Shown here: in pieces, positions 46,344-55,485 of the stretch | How the letters are laid out: the number at the start of each line of letters is the position of its first letter | Position numbering within the stretch: position 1 is the first letter of the stretch | Virus record (IMG/VR): IMGVR_UViG_3300035070_002626 | Location: 62,001 to 126,000 of that record | DNA length: 64,000 nucleotides | Reading direction: 5' to 3' (one strand) | Made by a program: the position numbers and the translations under genes | The notes under the pieces: generated by a model | Told to the model about the DNA's origin: nothing | What the model saw: the letters and a program-made list of their open reading frames with translations, nothing else | Database searches by the model: none

Positions 46344-47020
46344 ATCATAAAATCTTAAATAAACTGGAGCAAATGCTGCATACTAGTCCGCAGTTGTTGC
46401 GCAACAAAAACACACTGCATCAGGCTATCCAGGGTACATTCAATGTTTCACTCGACAGTGTAGATTATAATAATATCGGCGAGCTGGTTGATCGAATTGA
46501 CGACAAAGTGCTGGACGAATACTTTAGAAATCACTGGCAAGGCGAAATGTCAAAATATAAGTACAGCGGCCCAGCATTAATTGACGAAGTTAACAAACTA
46601 AAACCACGCAAAGTACTAGACATCGGATGTGGCTATCACGAGTTCAAACACAAGATTGATAATATTATAGGTATTGACCCCTACAATGATGCTGCTGATT
46701 TGACTGTTAAATTGCTGGATCATCACCCGCAAGAAAAATATGATGTAGTGCTAGCACTGGGATCAATCAACTTTGGCAGCACAGATAAAGTTTTTGCAGA
46801 ACTAGAACATGCAGTAAACTTGTGCAACCCAGGTGCGATTATGTTCTTTAGAGCAAACCCTGGCTTGCCGCACCACAAGGATGAATCAAACTGGATATCA
46901 TTTTATCCATGGGATAGCAACTTTGTAGTTAACTGTGCTACACAATTAAACGTTGATATTCTTGATTTAAGAACCGATAGTCATAAAAATCGACTGTACT
47001 TTGTCTGGCGTACTAAATAA
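46340..47020 (+). CDS. Class I SAM-dependent methyltransferase
   Basis: KVLDIGCG, GIDP, YDVVLALGS. Confidence 0.8.
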   Translation: MNHKILNKLEQMLHTSPQLLRNKNTLHQAIQGTFNVSLDSVDYNNIGELVDRIDDKVLDEYFRNHWQGEMSKYKYSGPALIDEVNKLKPRKVLDIGCGYHEFKHKIDNIIGIDPYNDAADLTVKLLDHHPQEKYDVVLALGSINFGSTDKVFAELEHAVNLCNPGAIMFFRANPGLPHHKDESNWISFYPWDSNFVVNCATQLNVDILDLRTDSHKNRLYFVWRTK

Positions 47021-47160
47021 ATTTAACAAGAAAAGCTAACGCTCGAATGTAAAGAAGTTCAGCTTTTTCTATCCCAATAATTTTTAACTCGGGCGAGTAA
47101 TCGTCTGTCTCTGACTAGTCTCATTGAGATTAGCCAGATTTTTCCTATGAAGGCTGCACT

Positions 47161-48699
47161 ATGTATTTTCTTGACTTATATATTATAGTATTAATGTTAG
47201 GAGTGTTCTATGGATTTTTTGTAGGATTAATACCAGTTGCTGGTGCAACCACAGGGCTGATTGCTGTGTACAGTTTTGTTACGTATTTCCATGATCCTTA
47301 CATGCTAGTAGTGTTTACAACCGCAGTAGTTGTTACTAGCAGCATCGGTGATACATTTTGCGGTGTTGTAATGAACGTTCCGGGAGCAGGTGGCGCAGCG
47401 GCTACTATGGTGGATGGATTTCCAATGAGTAGACGGGGACAAGCGGCACGAGCACTTAGTGCAGCAATTAGTACAAGTTGGGTAAACGGTTTGATTTGGG
47501 GATTGCTGGTATTTTTGTTTCTACCATATTATACTAAAATTGTACTGTATTTTGGCACTACTGAAATGTTTGCATTTTTGTTGTTTGCAATGACATGTGT
47601 TATTTTTATTAGCAGCAAATACTGGATCCGTGGCATCTTTGCGCTTGTAGCGGGGGTTGTGTTAGGACTAGTGGGTATGGACCCAGACACCGCAGCACAG
47701 CGTTGGATTACAGTAATACCAAACTTTGACTTTGACACATGGCGTGTTTACTTTACTGACTGGGACTATATCGAAAATGGAATTCAAATGATTCCAGTGA
47801 TGGCAGGTGTACTAGCATTTCCAGAACTAGTAAGTGCATACAGAATGAAAGCCACAAAGGTTAGTTTAACTAAAGGTGATATTCTCAACCAGTTGTGGCA
47901 AGGTATCAAGGACACTTGGAAATATCGTTGGGACGGACTGCGTGGTGGATTCATCGGCGGTTTTGTAGGACTAGTGCCTGGCATCGGCGGCAACATTGCA
48001 GATTGGTTTGCATATAGTCAAACAGTTGCACTGTCACGCAAAAAAACAAAAGGTGAGGTTGACGATTACAATGGCGAAGGGTACCCAGTAGGACAAGGTA
48101 ATGTACAAGGTGTAATTGGATGCGAAGGTGCCAACAATGCACAAAAGGCTACCAGTTATGTTCCTACTATTTTGTTTGGTATTCCGGGTGCACCGTTTGA
48201 AGTTATTGTAATGGGCTTGCTTATGTATGTTGGGCTTGAATTAGGTAGCCCAGCAGTGCTAGCAGACGGCGTGTTCTTTGACCACTTACTGAGCAGTTAT
48301 CTGTGGAGCTTGATAATTATTCTGCCAATTAGTTACGGATTCATTCGTTATGCAGTTTACATTACCAATATTCCATTCAAATATTACTTCTGGCCTATTA
48401 TGGCAAGTCTAGTATGGACTACATCACAGTACACAGGATTCATTGATGATTATCTTATGTTTGCTATGTGTTGCGTGGCTGGACTAGGTATGAAGTATTT
48501 TAAATTCAGTCGTATAAGTTTCCTAATTGGATTTATCTTATCACATAGACTTGAAGCAAGTTGGGTACAATTCAACACATTCGGTTACGGATGGGAAGAT
48601 TTATTACTTGAACCCTTCCCAGCAGCATTTATTGCACTAGCAATAGCGGCTGCAATATGGGGAATATTTTTTAACAAAGCAAAAATTGATTTCGTATAG
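47161..48699 (+). CDS. tctA: Tripartite tricarboxylate transporter large permease (TctA family)
   Basis: ~12 TM helices; GLIPVAG, NVPGAGGAAATMVDGFPM, PGIGG, CEGANNA, GIPG motifs. Confidence 0.85.
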   Translation: MYFLDLYIIVLMLGVFYGFFVGLIPVAGATTGLIAVYSFVTYFHDPYMLVVFTTAVVVTSSIGDTFCGVVMNVPGAGGAAATMVDGFPMSRRGQAARALSAAISTSWVNGLIWGLLVFLFLPYYTKIVLYFGTTEMFAFLLFAMTCVIFISSKYWIRGIFALVAGVVLGLVGMDPDTAAQRWITVIPNFDFDTWRVYFTDWDYIENGIQMIPVMAGVLAFPELVSAYRMKATKVSLTKGDILNQLWQGIKDTWKYRWDGLRGGFIGGFVGLVPGIGGNIADWFAYSQTVALSRKKTKGEVDDYNGEGYPVGQGNVQGVIGCEGANNAQKATSYVPTILFGIPGAPFEVIVMGLLMYVGLELGSPAVLADGVFFDHLLSSYLWSLIIILPISYGFIRYAVYITNIPFKYYFWPIMASLVWTTSQYTGFIDDYLMFAMCCVAGLGMKYFKFSRISFLIGFILSHRLEASWVQFNTFGYGWEDLLLEPFPAAFIALAIAAAIWGIFFNKAKIDFV

Positions 48700-48708
48700 G
48701 AGAAAAAC

Positions 48709-49761
48709 ATGCCAATTAAAACACTACTAGCAGGCGCAGTATTTGCACTTGCAGCAACCACAGCAACAGCTGATATTACAGTGGTAAACCCGCAAAAACC
48801 AGGCGGTGGCACAACTGTTTGGACTGAAATCATTATGAAAGAGCTTTCAAAGCATCTAGGTGAGCGTATTGTTCTTCGCAACATTCCGGGCGCACGAGAC
48901 ATTCCGGGTATCAATGCTTGGCATAACGATCTACGTTTTGACGAAAACACAATTGTTGTTACGCATGGCGGTAACGGTGTAAGCTTCTTGCAAGAAGAAG
49001 TTGACTACAACTATGCCGACTATGATTCAATTGGTCTTATGAACTTGAACATTATCATGGGCAAAGTTAAAGGCGCAGACATGGATAAAGCAATCTTTGC
49101 TGGCACAAGTGGTGCTGTCCCAGAAGCATTTGCTATGGCAATGATGACATGTGGCCCAGATAAATCCGTTGATGAGTATATTACTTGCTTTGGTGAAAAC
49201 TTTAAATGGGTTAAAGGTATGAGTGGCGGAGAACGCCGTCTTGCATTTAAACGTGGCGACTTAACAGGTTCACGTGAAAATCCGGCTACATACCAAATCC
49301 ACATTGCACCAGACGAAAATGCAGAACTTTGGTTTCACCATGGTTTGCTTGATCCAGCTACAGGCAAGCACGTAGATGATCCAAACTTCCCAGGTTACCA
49401 ATTTGAAATCAAGTTTAAAGAGCGTTGGGGCGTAGAAGCAAGCGGCGAGTTTTACGATGCGTATGTATTAGTTAAATCATTCCGTGATGGTCTACAAAAA
49501 GCAATTTGGGTCAACAAAGGTAATCCAGAATTGCGTGATCGCTTGGTAGCAGCAATGAACAAAATGGCAAACGACCCAGAGTCAATGGCAGTTATTGAAG
49601 CTAAAAACGGCAAGTACGAATGGTTTATTGGTGAGCGTGGCGACCAAATGCGTGACACACTAATGACATTTATCACAGAAGATGCACTACGCAACTTGGT
49701 AAAATTCAACAAAGAAGCATTGGGACTTAACTCAATACTCAAAGAAAATCTATTTCCGTAA
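48709..49761 (+). CDS. tctC: Tripartite tricarboxylate transporter periplasmic binding protein (TctC/Bug family)
   Basis: Signal peptide; VVNPQKPGGGT, NIPGA motifs; adjacent to tctA. Confidence 0.78.
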   Translation: MPIKTLLAGAVFALAATTATADITVVNPQKPGGGTTVWTEIIMKELSKHLGERIVLRNIPGARDIPGINAWHNDLRFDENTIVVTHGGNGVSFLQEEVDYNYADYDSIGLMNLNIIMGKVKGADMDKAIFAGTSGAVPEAFAMAMMTCGPDKSVDEYITCFGENFKWVKGMSGGERRLAFKRGDLTGSRENPATYQIHIAPDENAELWFHHGLLDPATGKHVDDPNFPGYQFEIKFKERWGVEASGEFYDAYVLVKSFRDGLQKAIWVNKGNPELRDRLVAAMNKMANDPESMAVIEAKNGKYEWFIGERGDQMRDTLMTFITEDALRNLVKFNKEALGLNSILKENLFP

Positions 49762-49846
49762 AGCTATTAATAAGTAGATGACTAATGTGTGGAAGGGTAT
49801 TTGGCTCTTCCACACACACACACATTTTTAAAAGGAATAAACAGCA

Positions 49847-50518
49847 ATGGAAAGCAATTGGGAAAAAACTGCTCCACGCAACAACTATCACTATGATGCA
49901 TTTAAGCATGACCCTGCTTATGACAGTATGCGCTATGTGGGCAAGTTCACAGGTGATTGGAAAGAAGCACTGGATAGAACAGTTGAAAAAAGTAACGACA
50001 TTACTTGGCGCACACGCAATCCAATTGATAATCCAAACGGCAGTGAAGACATTGAAGCAGAAGAACTAGATTTGATCAATACTGGTGCGCCTGCTGACTT
50101 GGTTTTAACCAAACTAGACTATGCAATTGAACCTGTTTTCCAGCGTATGACTGATGCGCTACACTTACTACCAGGCGATGATAGAGATGTACAGCGCCGA
50201 GTCCATGTGCAGATGCCCGGACAAGTGTGGAACTTGCATGTTGATAAATTAGAAAAATGGAATAAAGCAGATCCTAAGAGTGTTTATCGATTTATGGTTA
50301 TGTTAAACGATTGGGAACCCGGTCACTTCTTACAGTACGGCAACCAAGTTCACACAGGGTATCGTGCAGGCGAGATTTACAGTTTTGATTGGTTTAATTC
50401 GCCACATTGTACAGCAAACGCAGGCAGAAGTCCACGTTGTACCTTACTAGTAACAGGTGTAGCAACAACAGAAATGCACATGCTGTTCTCGCACTATGAT
50501 CTTCAAATTGAGGTATGA
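49847..50518 (+). CDS. Cupin/2OG-Fe(II) dioxygenase-like protein
   Basis: HVQMPGQVWNLHVD (HxD) and distal PHCTAN His. Confidence 0.7.
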   Translation: MESNWEKTAPRNNYHYDAFKHDPAYDSMRYVGKFTGDWKEALDRTVEKSNDITWRTRNPIDNPNGSEDIEAEELDLINTGAPADLVLTKLDYAIEPVFQRMTDALHLLPGDDRDVQRRVHVQMPGQVWNLHVDKLEKWNKADPKSVYRFMVMLNDWEPGHFLQYGNQVHTGYRAGEIYSFDWFNSPHCTANAGRSPRCTLLVTGVATTEMHMLFSHYDLQIEV

Positions 50519-50671
50519 AACAACTAACAATAGCAGTTGGGCCACAGGGTAGCGGCAACCACTTATATGCTAAAATATTTGGAAGCAATCCAAATGTATA
50601 TGCATTATGTAGAGCACACTGAGTTAGATGATCTTATTAAACTAGCTAGCTCACACAGGGGTGCACTATGA
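50515..50671 (+). pseudogene. Internally deleted P-loop/sulfotransferase-like gene remnant
   Basis: MKQLTIAVGPQGSGNHLYAKIF stops after 35 codons; another frame continues HYVEHTELDDLIKLASSHRGAL* to an ATGA overlap with the next gene. Confidence 0.55.
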
Positions 50672-50892
50672 ATCATATAGTTTTTGTAAAGTATGCTAGC
50701 GCCGTAACTATATTGTGTGCTATGGTGTTGCATGTAGCAGGCATCACGCCTTGGAACAGTTTATTACAGATGGTGGGTGCCACAGGATGGATCTATGTTG
50801 GATATAGATGGAAGGAGAAAGCTCTTATACTGAACTTTCTCCCTCAATTTGCAATTATAATACCGATGCTAGTTGCTATGTATTGGTTGTAA
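50668..50892 (+). CDS. Small three-TM membrane protein
   Basis: Hydrophobic helices, ITPWN motif. Confidence 0.7.
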   Translation: MNHIVFVKYASAVTILCAMVLHVAGITPWNSLLQMVGATGWIYVGYRWKEKALILNFLPQFAIIIPMLVAMYWL

Positions 50893-51208
50893 CATCAACT
50901 TCATTTATAACATTTTCGTAAGTGTTGTCAACTTCCCATTCTAACCATTGTATTATTTGATCAGTGTTGATGTCTTCACGTATCCATTCGTACTTGCCAG
51001 TGGTAGTGTAGAACAAGTGATCCCAAAATTCGCTTTTAATACGATCTTCTAAGTCTTCGATGTGATTGCTAGGACCTGCATATAGTTTTGTCCAGTTAAC
51101 TTCAAAGCCTGTGTGCCCTTCGTACTTGCGTTTGCGATTGTCGGGATTACTTGTAATACCAAAACACGTGCGTCCCAAATGATTTGACCATATGTACAAG
51201 TAACGCAT
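50876..51208 (-). CDS. GIY-YIG-like small nuclease
   Basis: YLYIW...CFGITSNPDNRKRKY...EDLE...YEW pattern. Confidence 0.55.
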   Translation of the reverse strand: MRYLYIWSNHLGRTCFGITSNPDNRKRKYEGHTGFEVNWTKLYAGPSNHIEDLEDRIKSEFWDHLFYTTTGKYEWIREDINTDQIIQWLEWEVDNTYENVINEVDVTTNT

Positions 51209-51209
51209 C

Positions 51210-52376
51210 TTAAATACCGTTGTACTTGTTGATGTGTTGATCTGGCAAGATTGGAAAGTCCAAGTCGTTTGCATCACAGTACGCATAGAAGTCTAAGATC
51301 AAAATGCTCAACAAACAATTGTCACTCCAACCACCTGGCAAGTCATGTGAACGATTAAACTTTTCCAAACGATTCTTTGCTTGTTTATGAAACTTGCTTG
51401 GACTTGCATATGTAGTTTTAAAGAACTGCATCAGTGCATCCTGCCACTCACGTGTGATAGTTGTTTTGTTTTTACGTGCAAGTTTAGCATAGCGACCTAG
51501 TGCTAGGATAAAGCCACCGTCGACACCTTTTTCATTTGCAAAATAACGATCGTGCAAGCTCAATGCAAATTCAAGATCGTGGATTGCGCTATCAAAGTTC
51601 TCACCTTCCATTTCGGCAACTCGGTTGAGACCTGAAATGTATGTCACCATGCCTGGCTTTGCGCCGTGCCCACGTGCTTCGACTGCTGGGCGTGTGTACA
51701 TATTTGCCTGTTCAACCACAGCCTGGATACGCTCGGCGTGCAAGTCTTCTGTAAGTGTGCTACCATAATTGCGTACACCACTTACACGGCTTTTGTGCAT
51801 AAAGTAAGGTTCAACAGCTTTACGACCTTTATAGTTGATCAAACGGAACAAGAAGTTGCCAAATGCTTCGCCCTTGGTATTGCTGCCCGGAACTACTGCA
51901 AGAGCATCAATTACCTTACATGCAACTGTGAAATCTTTTTCAATCATGCCGGCTTTCCACAGGATGTACAGTGCCACGGCTGTGTGCTGACCCTCTGGGA
52001 TACTGTAACGCCCATTGGGCAACTTGATGGTGTTTACAACTTGCACTGCTCGAGGATCAAACGATTCAATGATGTGTGCTACGTGATCCCAATCAACATC
52101 ACGTTGGTTGTCAATGTTGATATCCAGCAATTCAAATGCTACAAACTCAACGCCGCCAAAGTCTTTAGTTGCATAAGTGCCATTGCAACGATTACGCAGA
52201 CTATTGATTGCATCTGAGATAAGTTTTTGTGTTGGAAGGGTTTTTGTTGGATCAATGCGTGTTTCAAGATCTTCATACAAATCTTTATCTTGGCTACGTT
52301 CCATCAAGTTTTGAATTTTGGCAACGCTAAAAGGGTTGCGCTTGGGCATTGCCCGTGTTTCAAGTTTAACTGTCAT
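51210..52376 (-). CDS. ParB-like N-terminal domain protein (DUF6551/DGQHR-like)
   Basis: LDINIDNQRDVD...IIESFDPRAVQVV...YSIPEGQHT; own promoter 52439..52467. Confidence 0.6.
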   Translation of the reverse strand: MTVKLETRAMPKRNPFSVAKIQNLMERSQDKDLYEDLETRIDPTKTLPTQKLISDAINSLRNRCNGTYATKDFGGVEFVAFELLDINIDNQRDVDWDHVAHIIESFDPRAVQVVNTIKLPNGRYSIPEGQHTAVALYILWKAGMIEKDFTVACKVIDALAVVPGSNTKGEAFGNFLFRLINYKGRKAVEPYFMHKSRVSGVRNYGSTLTEDLHAERIQAVVEQANMYTRPAVEARGHGAKPGMVTYISGLNRVAEMEGENFDSAIHDLEFALSLHDRYFANEKGVDGGFILALGRYAKLARKNKTTITREWQDALMQFFKTTYASPSKFHKQAKNRLEKFNRSHDLPGGWSDNCLLSILILDFYAYCDANDLDFPILPDQHINKYNGI

Positions 52377-52463
52377 TTTGTTTCTCCATTTTGATTCAGT
52401 TAAGAATAGTGTAGGGCTGTTATGCTTCCTACTATTAAGTTATAGCATAGTTAAATGCTGTTG

Positions 52464-52676
52464 TCAACCATATTTTAACACAAATGCCATATAATCAGCA
52501 TTATTATTTAGAAAAAAAGTATAGCTTCCAGGAGTAGTTGGGGTACTAAAACAATTGATATGCCAGCGCCAGCCGTCTTCAAAGTTCAGCTTGCACCATT
52601 GAACTATACCATCAATGTCGCCAGCTGGTCGTTCAATGTTAACACTGTAATTAAAGGTGGTGGCCAATTCGTGCAT
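52464..52676 (-). CDS. Hypothetical protein
   Basis: ORF track; WC...GWRW, F.LKYG motif. Confidence 0.65.
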   Translation of the reverse strand: MHELATTFNYSVNIERPAGDIDGIVQWCKLNFEDGWRWHINCFSTPTTPGSYTFFLNNNADYMAFVLKYG

Positions 52677-52678
52677 CT

Positions 52679-53308
52679 TTACAATATATCTTTAATTTGT
52701 TTATACATGTGTTCGGCAACTTGTTTGTGCCCTTGTTCTAAGAAGTGCCCGTTTGGTCCAAGAGGAGAACCGTGGCTCCACTTAATAAAATCATCTCCGG
52801 GCCAACCAATAAAACAATCTGTGTTTAAAAAACCCAACATTTTTTTAAAATGAGGACTATTTTTGTTTTTATCTATTATATCATTGATACCCGACGAAAA
52901 GGCATGCACAAATCGATACGGAATTCTTTGGTTTTCTAAAAAATTTTGCAGTAGTATTGCTTGACATATCCATTCTAAGAATTTTCCAGTGGAGTTGTGA
53001 TACTCGCTGTATAACTGTTTTACAAAAGGATTATTGGTACTATCATTAATATTAATACACAAGCTATTATTATTTTCATCAAAGAATTCGTAGCGGTCTG
53101 GTGTAGTCCAAGCAATAATGGCCAATTCTGGCTTGTGTTCTAAACATTTTTGTATTACTTTGTTGCATACCCAGCTGTTGCTAGCACCTGGTTTAGCAAT
53201 GCTAACTACAATATGGTCAGTCATTTGATTTAGCACACCCGGCCATGCATCGTTCCGGTCTGCAAGCTCGTCACCAAACGTAAAACTGTCACCAAAACAA
53301 TAAATCAT
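52679..53308 (-). CDS. SGNH/GDSL-like hydrolase (paralogue 3)
   Basis: FGDSFTFG, PGASN, GHFLEQGH. Confidence 0.75.
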   Translation of the reverse strand: MIYCFGDSFTFGDELADRNDAWPGVLNQMTDHIVVSIAKPGASNSWVCNKVIQKCLEHKPELAIIAWTTPDRYEFFDENNNSLCININDSTNNPFVKQLYSEYHNSTGKFLEWICQAILLQNFLENQRIPYRFVHAFSSGINDIIDKNKNSPHFKKMLGFLNTDCFIGWPGDDFIKWSHGSPLGPNGHFLEQGHKQVAEHMYKQIKDIL

Positions 53309-53311
53309 ATA

Positions 53312-53464
53312 TTAGTTCTCGATTGACTTAATAAACTGTTCTATTTTTGCAACCTTCTTTTCTAACATGGCAATACGGTCTTCAGATTGCTCTGCAAGTT
53401 TAGCATCCTCTTCTCGCAATTTGCGACCTATGTAGTTGTGGTAACGTTCTTGATGTTCTTTCAT
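53312..53464 (-). CDS. 50-aa coiled-coil protein
   Basis: Manual translation MKEHQERYHNY...; ATGA overlap. Confidence 0.6.
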   Translation of the reverse strand: MKEHQERYHNYIGRKLREEDAKLAEQSEDRIAMLEKKVAKIEQFIKSIEN

Positions 53465-53697
53465 TGATTTACAAACTCCGGCCATTGCTGTGCAAATAGA
53501 TCAGCATGTTCGTTCAATTCAAAAAAGAATGTATGTTCATACACATCAGTCCACGTATCCATCTTCCATTGGTGCCGCTCTAAGTTACGTCTACACCATG
53601 TTTTACCTTGTGTGTCAAGATCGCTGTGTAGACGAACTGAATGAGGATTGTTACTCATCCATCGCATTTTGTATTCACTTATTTCTAAAGGTGTCAT
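53461..53697 (-). CDS. Hypothetical protein
   Basis: ORF track. Confidence 0.7.
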   Translation of the reverse strand: MTPLEISEYKMRWMSNNPHSVRLHSDLDTQGKTWCRRNLERHQWKMDTWTDVYEHTFFFELNEHADLFAQQWPEFVNQ

Positions 53698-53954
53698 TAA
53701 ATATACTCGTAAAATCTAAGTAAGCCAACAACAGTAATGAGGCACATAACACCGTTGGTAATAATTAGTGCACGTTCCTGCCACCGAACCGCAACTATCA
53801 ACCAGACAAATCCGCCACAAAACAGCACCAGTGGGCCAAGCGGATATGACATTGGGTGTGCACTCACAATGTAGCTACCTACACATAATATCGATGTTGC
53901 AATCCATTTTAAAATAGTATCAACTGTTTGAGATGTCATATGCATATTTAACAT
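53697..53954 (-). CDS. Small three-TM membrane protein
   Basis: Hydrophobic helices; similar architecture to 50668..50892. Confidence 0.7.
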   Translation of the reverse strand: MLNMHMTSQTVDTILKWIATSILCVGSYIVSAHPMSYPLGPLVLFCGGFVWLIVAVRWQERALIITNGVMCLITVVGLLRFYEYI

Positions 53955-54109
53955 CCGGATCCTCTATTGTTGCGTGTGTCCAACATGTCTCTCAGACAGT
54001 TGTTAAACAATTCTTTTGCACCGTGTGCATTTTGTACACCGTGATACCCTGGCACGTTGGAACAAGCACCTAATAATAGCACCATTGTAACAATCAATAC
54101 TGGTTTCAT
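53948..54109 (-). CDS. Small lipoprotein
   Basis: Manual translation; lipobox LGAC. Confidence 0.6.
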   Translation of the reverse strand: MKPVLIVTMVLLLGACSNVPGYHGVQNAHGAKELFNNCLRDMLDTRNNRGSGC

Positions 54110-54402
54110 TCTTCGTCTCCGTCGTTTTTAATCAGCAAATTTTTATTGTTTGCTATCAAGTTATCCTGGACATCGTACACTTGTTCGTGCTTAATCATCT
54201 TGATAATTGTATTAGTGAGATCAACTTCTGTGCGCAAGTATCCAATCTTTCGATTTAATTCTTCAAGCTCTTTGAGGTAATACTCAAGTTCTTGCTCTTT
54301 GCGTAGACGTTGCTCAATAAAGTCTGTGATTAAGATAAGCCTTTTCTCTGCGTCACTCATAATCGGTACATTCGACTCCAACTCGTTGATCTTGAAAGTC
54401 AA
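54106..54402 (-). CDS. Coiled-coil hypothetical protein
   Basis: ORF track; real start probably MSDAE. Confidence 0.65.
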   Translation of the reverse strand: MTFKINELESNVPIMSDAEKRLILITDFIEQRLRKEQELEYYLKELEELNRKIGYLRTEVDLTNTIIKMIKHEQVYDVQDNLIANNKNLLIKNDGDEE

Positions 54403-54586
54403 TGATTTTTAGTTCTTTTCCTGTAAAGTGAAGGCATGCAGCATTGTATTCAGCAAAGTCAACAATCGGAATAACTGCACGAATTGGATCTTTCCAATTT
54501 TTTAAATCGTATGTTAAGTCATTAAACAACTGTTTTTTCATGCTACAATTGAGTGTAGTATTGTTGTCAATCAACATTTCTTTCAT
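54353..54586 (-). CDS. Early hypothetical protein
   Basis: AGGAG RBS; promoter 54616..54643. Confidence 0.65.
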   Translation of the reverse strand: MKEMLIDNNTTLNCSMKKQLFNDLTYDLKNWKDPIRAVIPIVDFAEYNAACLHFTGKELKIIDFQDQRVGVECTDYE

Positions 54587-54730
54587 CGTTGCTCTCCTAA
54601 TTAACTTATAATACTATTATAACATCAACTGCACACTTGTCAACCTGAAAAGATCTAAAAGCATTGCATGTATTGCATATCGAGTATGCGCTATAAACAG
54701 TTGTTTTTAGCAAATTTCTGTATTATACTT

Positions 54731-54738
54731 TATAAATA
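54731..54738 (+). promoter_or_regulatory. T4-type late promoter TATAAATA for the DUF1127 block
   Basis: Exact octamer followed by a hairpin leader and GAGGA RBS. Confidence 0.75.
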
Positions 54739-54814
54739 AATGTGTTGCAACGCAGCATAGGGTTGGTTGCAATATACATTTTTTAACACATACACATACT
54801 TGAGGATACGAACA

Positions 54815-55069
54815 ATGACTACAGTAGTAGCAAACACATTTAACCAGGCTGGCATTGCTAGCGTTTTTAACTGGATCAAAAAAGCAATCAATGAGCATCA
54901 AAGACGCAAATTGATCCGTTTCACAATCAAAGAACTTAATCAACTATCAAATCGCGAACTAAACGACATTGGTCTCACTCGCTGCGACATTTGGCACATT
55001 GCTAATTCGTCATATCCAAAAGGCACAACAGTTTCTAGCGTTACACGCAATGTGAGAGGTTGGGCATAA
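54815..55069 (+). CDS. DUF1127-family small protein
   Basis: RRKLIRFTIKELNQLSNRELNDIGLTRCDI. Confidence 0.85.
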   Translation: MTTVVANTFNQAGIASVFNWIKKAINEHQRRKLIRFTIKELNQLSNRELNDIGLTRCDIWHIANSSYPKGTTVSSVTRNVRGWA

Positions 55070-55257
55070 TGGAAGTAGTAGGAAACCTACCAGTACAAGC
55101 GCCCAAGTTTATCAAAACACTTGGCAAGTATGCAGTAGCATTTGCAATGGGCGTATGGGCCATTGGTGAATCAGCAGGCAGAGCAAGAGCAGCTGCTGAA
55201 CTACACCGTTTGGGTTACACAGAAGAAGCAAAAGCACTTATGTTGGAGAGCAAATAA
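55069..55257 (+). CDS. Small protein (GRARAAAEL motif)
   Basis: TAATG coupling to the DUF1127 gene. Confidence 0.7.
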   Translation: MEVVGNLPVQAPKFIKTLGKYAVAFAMGVWAIGESAGRARAAAELHRLGYTEEAKALMLESK

Positions 55258-55391
55258 TGTTTAAACGTTTTATCAAAGCAATGGAATATCGCTCATACTG
55301 CATGGCAATTAGAGAACTACGCAACAAAGGTTTGTACAGCGAAGCAAACCGTATCAGCGAATACAAACATGCAATGTACCCAACTTTCTAA
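55257..55391 (+). CDS. 44-aa small protein
   Basis: Manual translation MFKRFIKAMEYRSYCMAIREL...; TAATG coupling. Confidence 0.65.
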   Translation: MFKRFIKAMEYRSYCMAIRELRNKGLYSEANRISEYKHAMYPTF

Positions 55392-55485
55392 TCAAGTAGC
55401 ATACATAATAAGAATATCCTAGCACCACAAATTTCTGTTAAATACTATAAATTACCAGTTTGTACATTATAAAATAGGAAAACAA

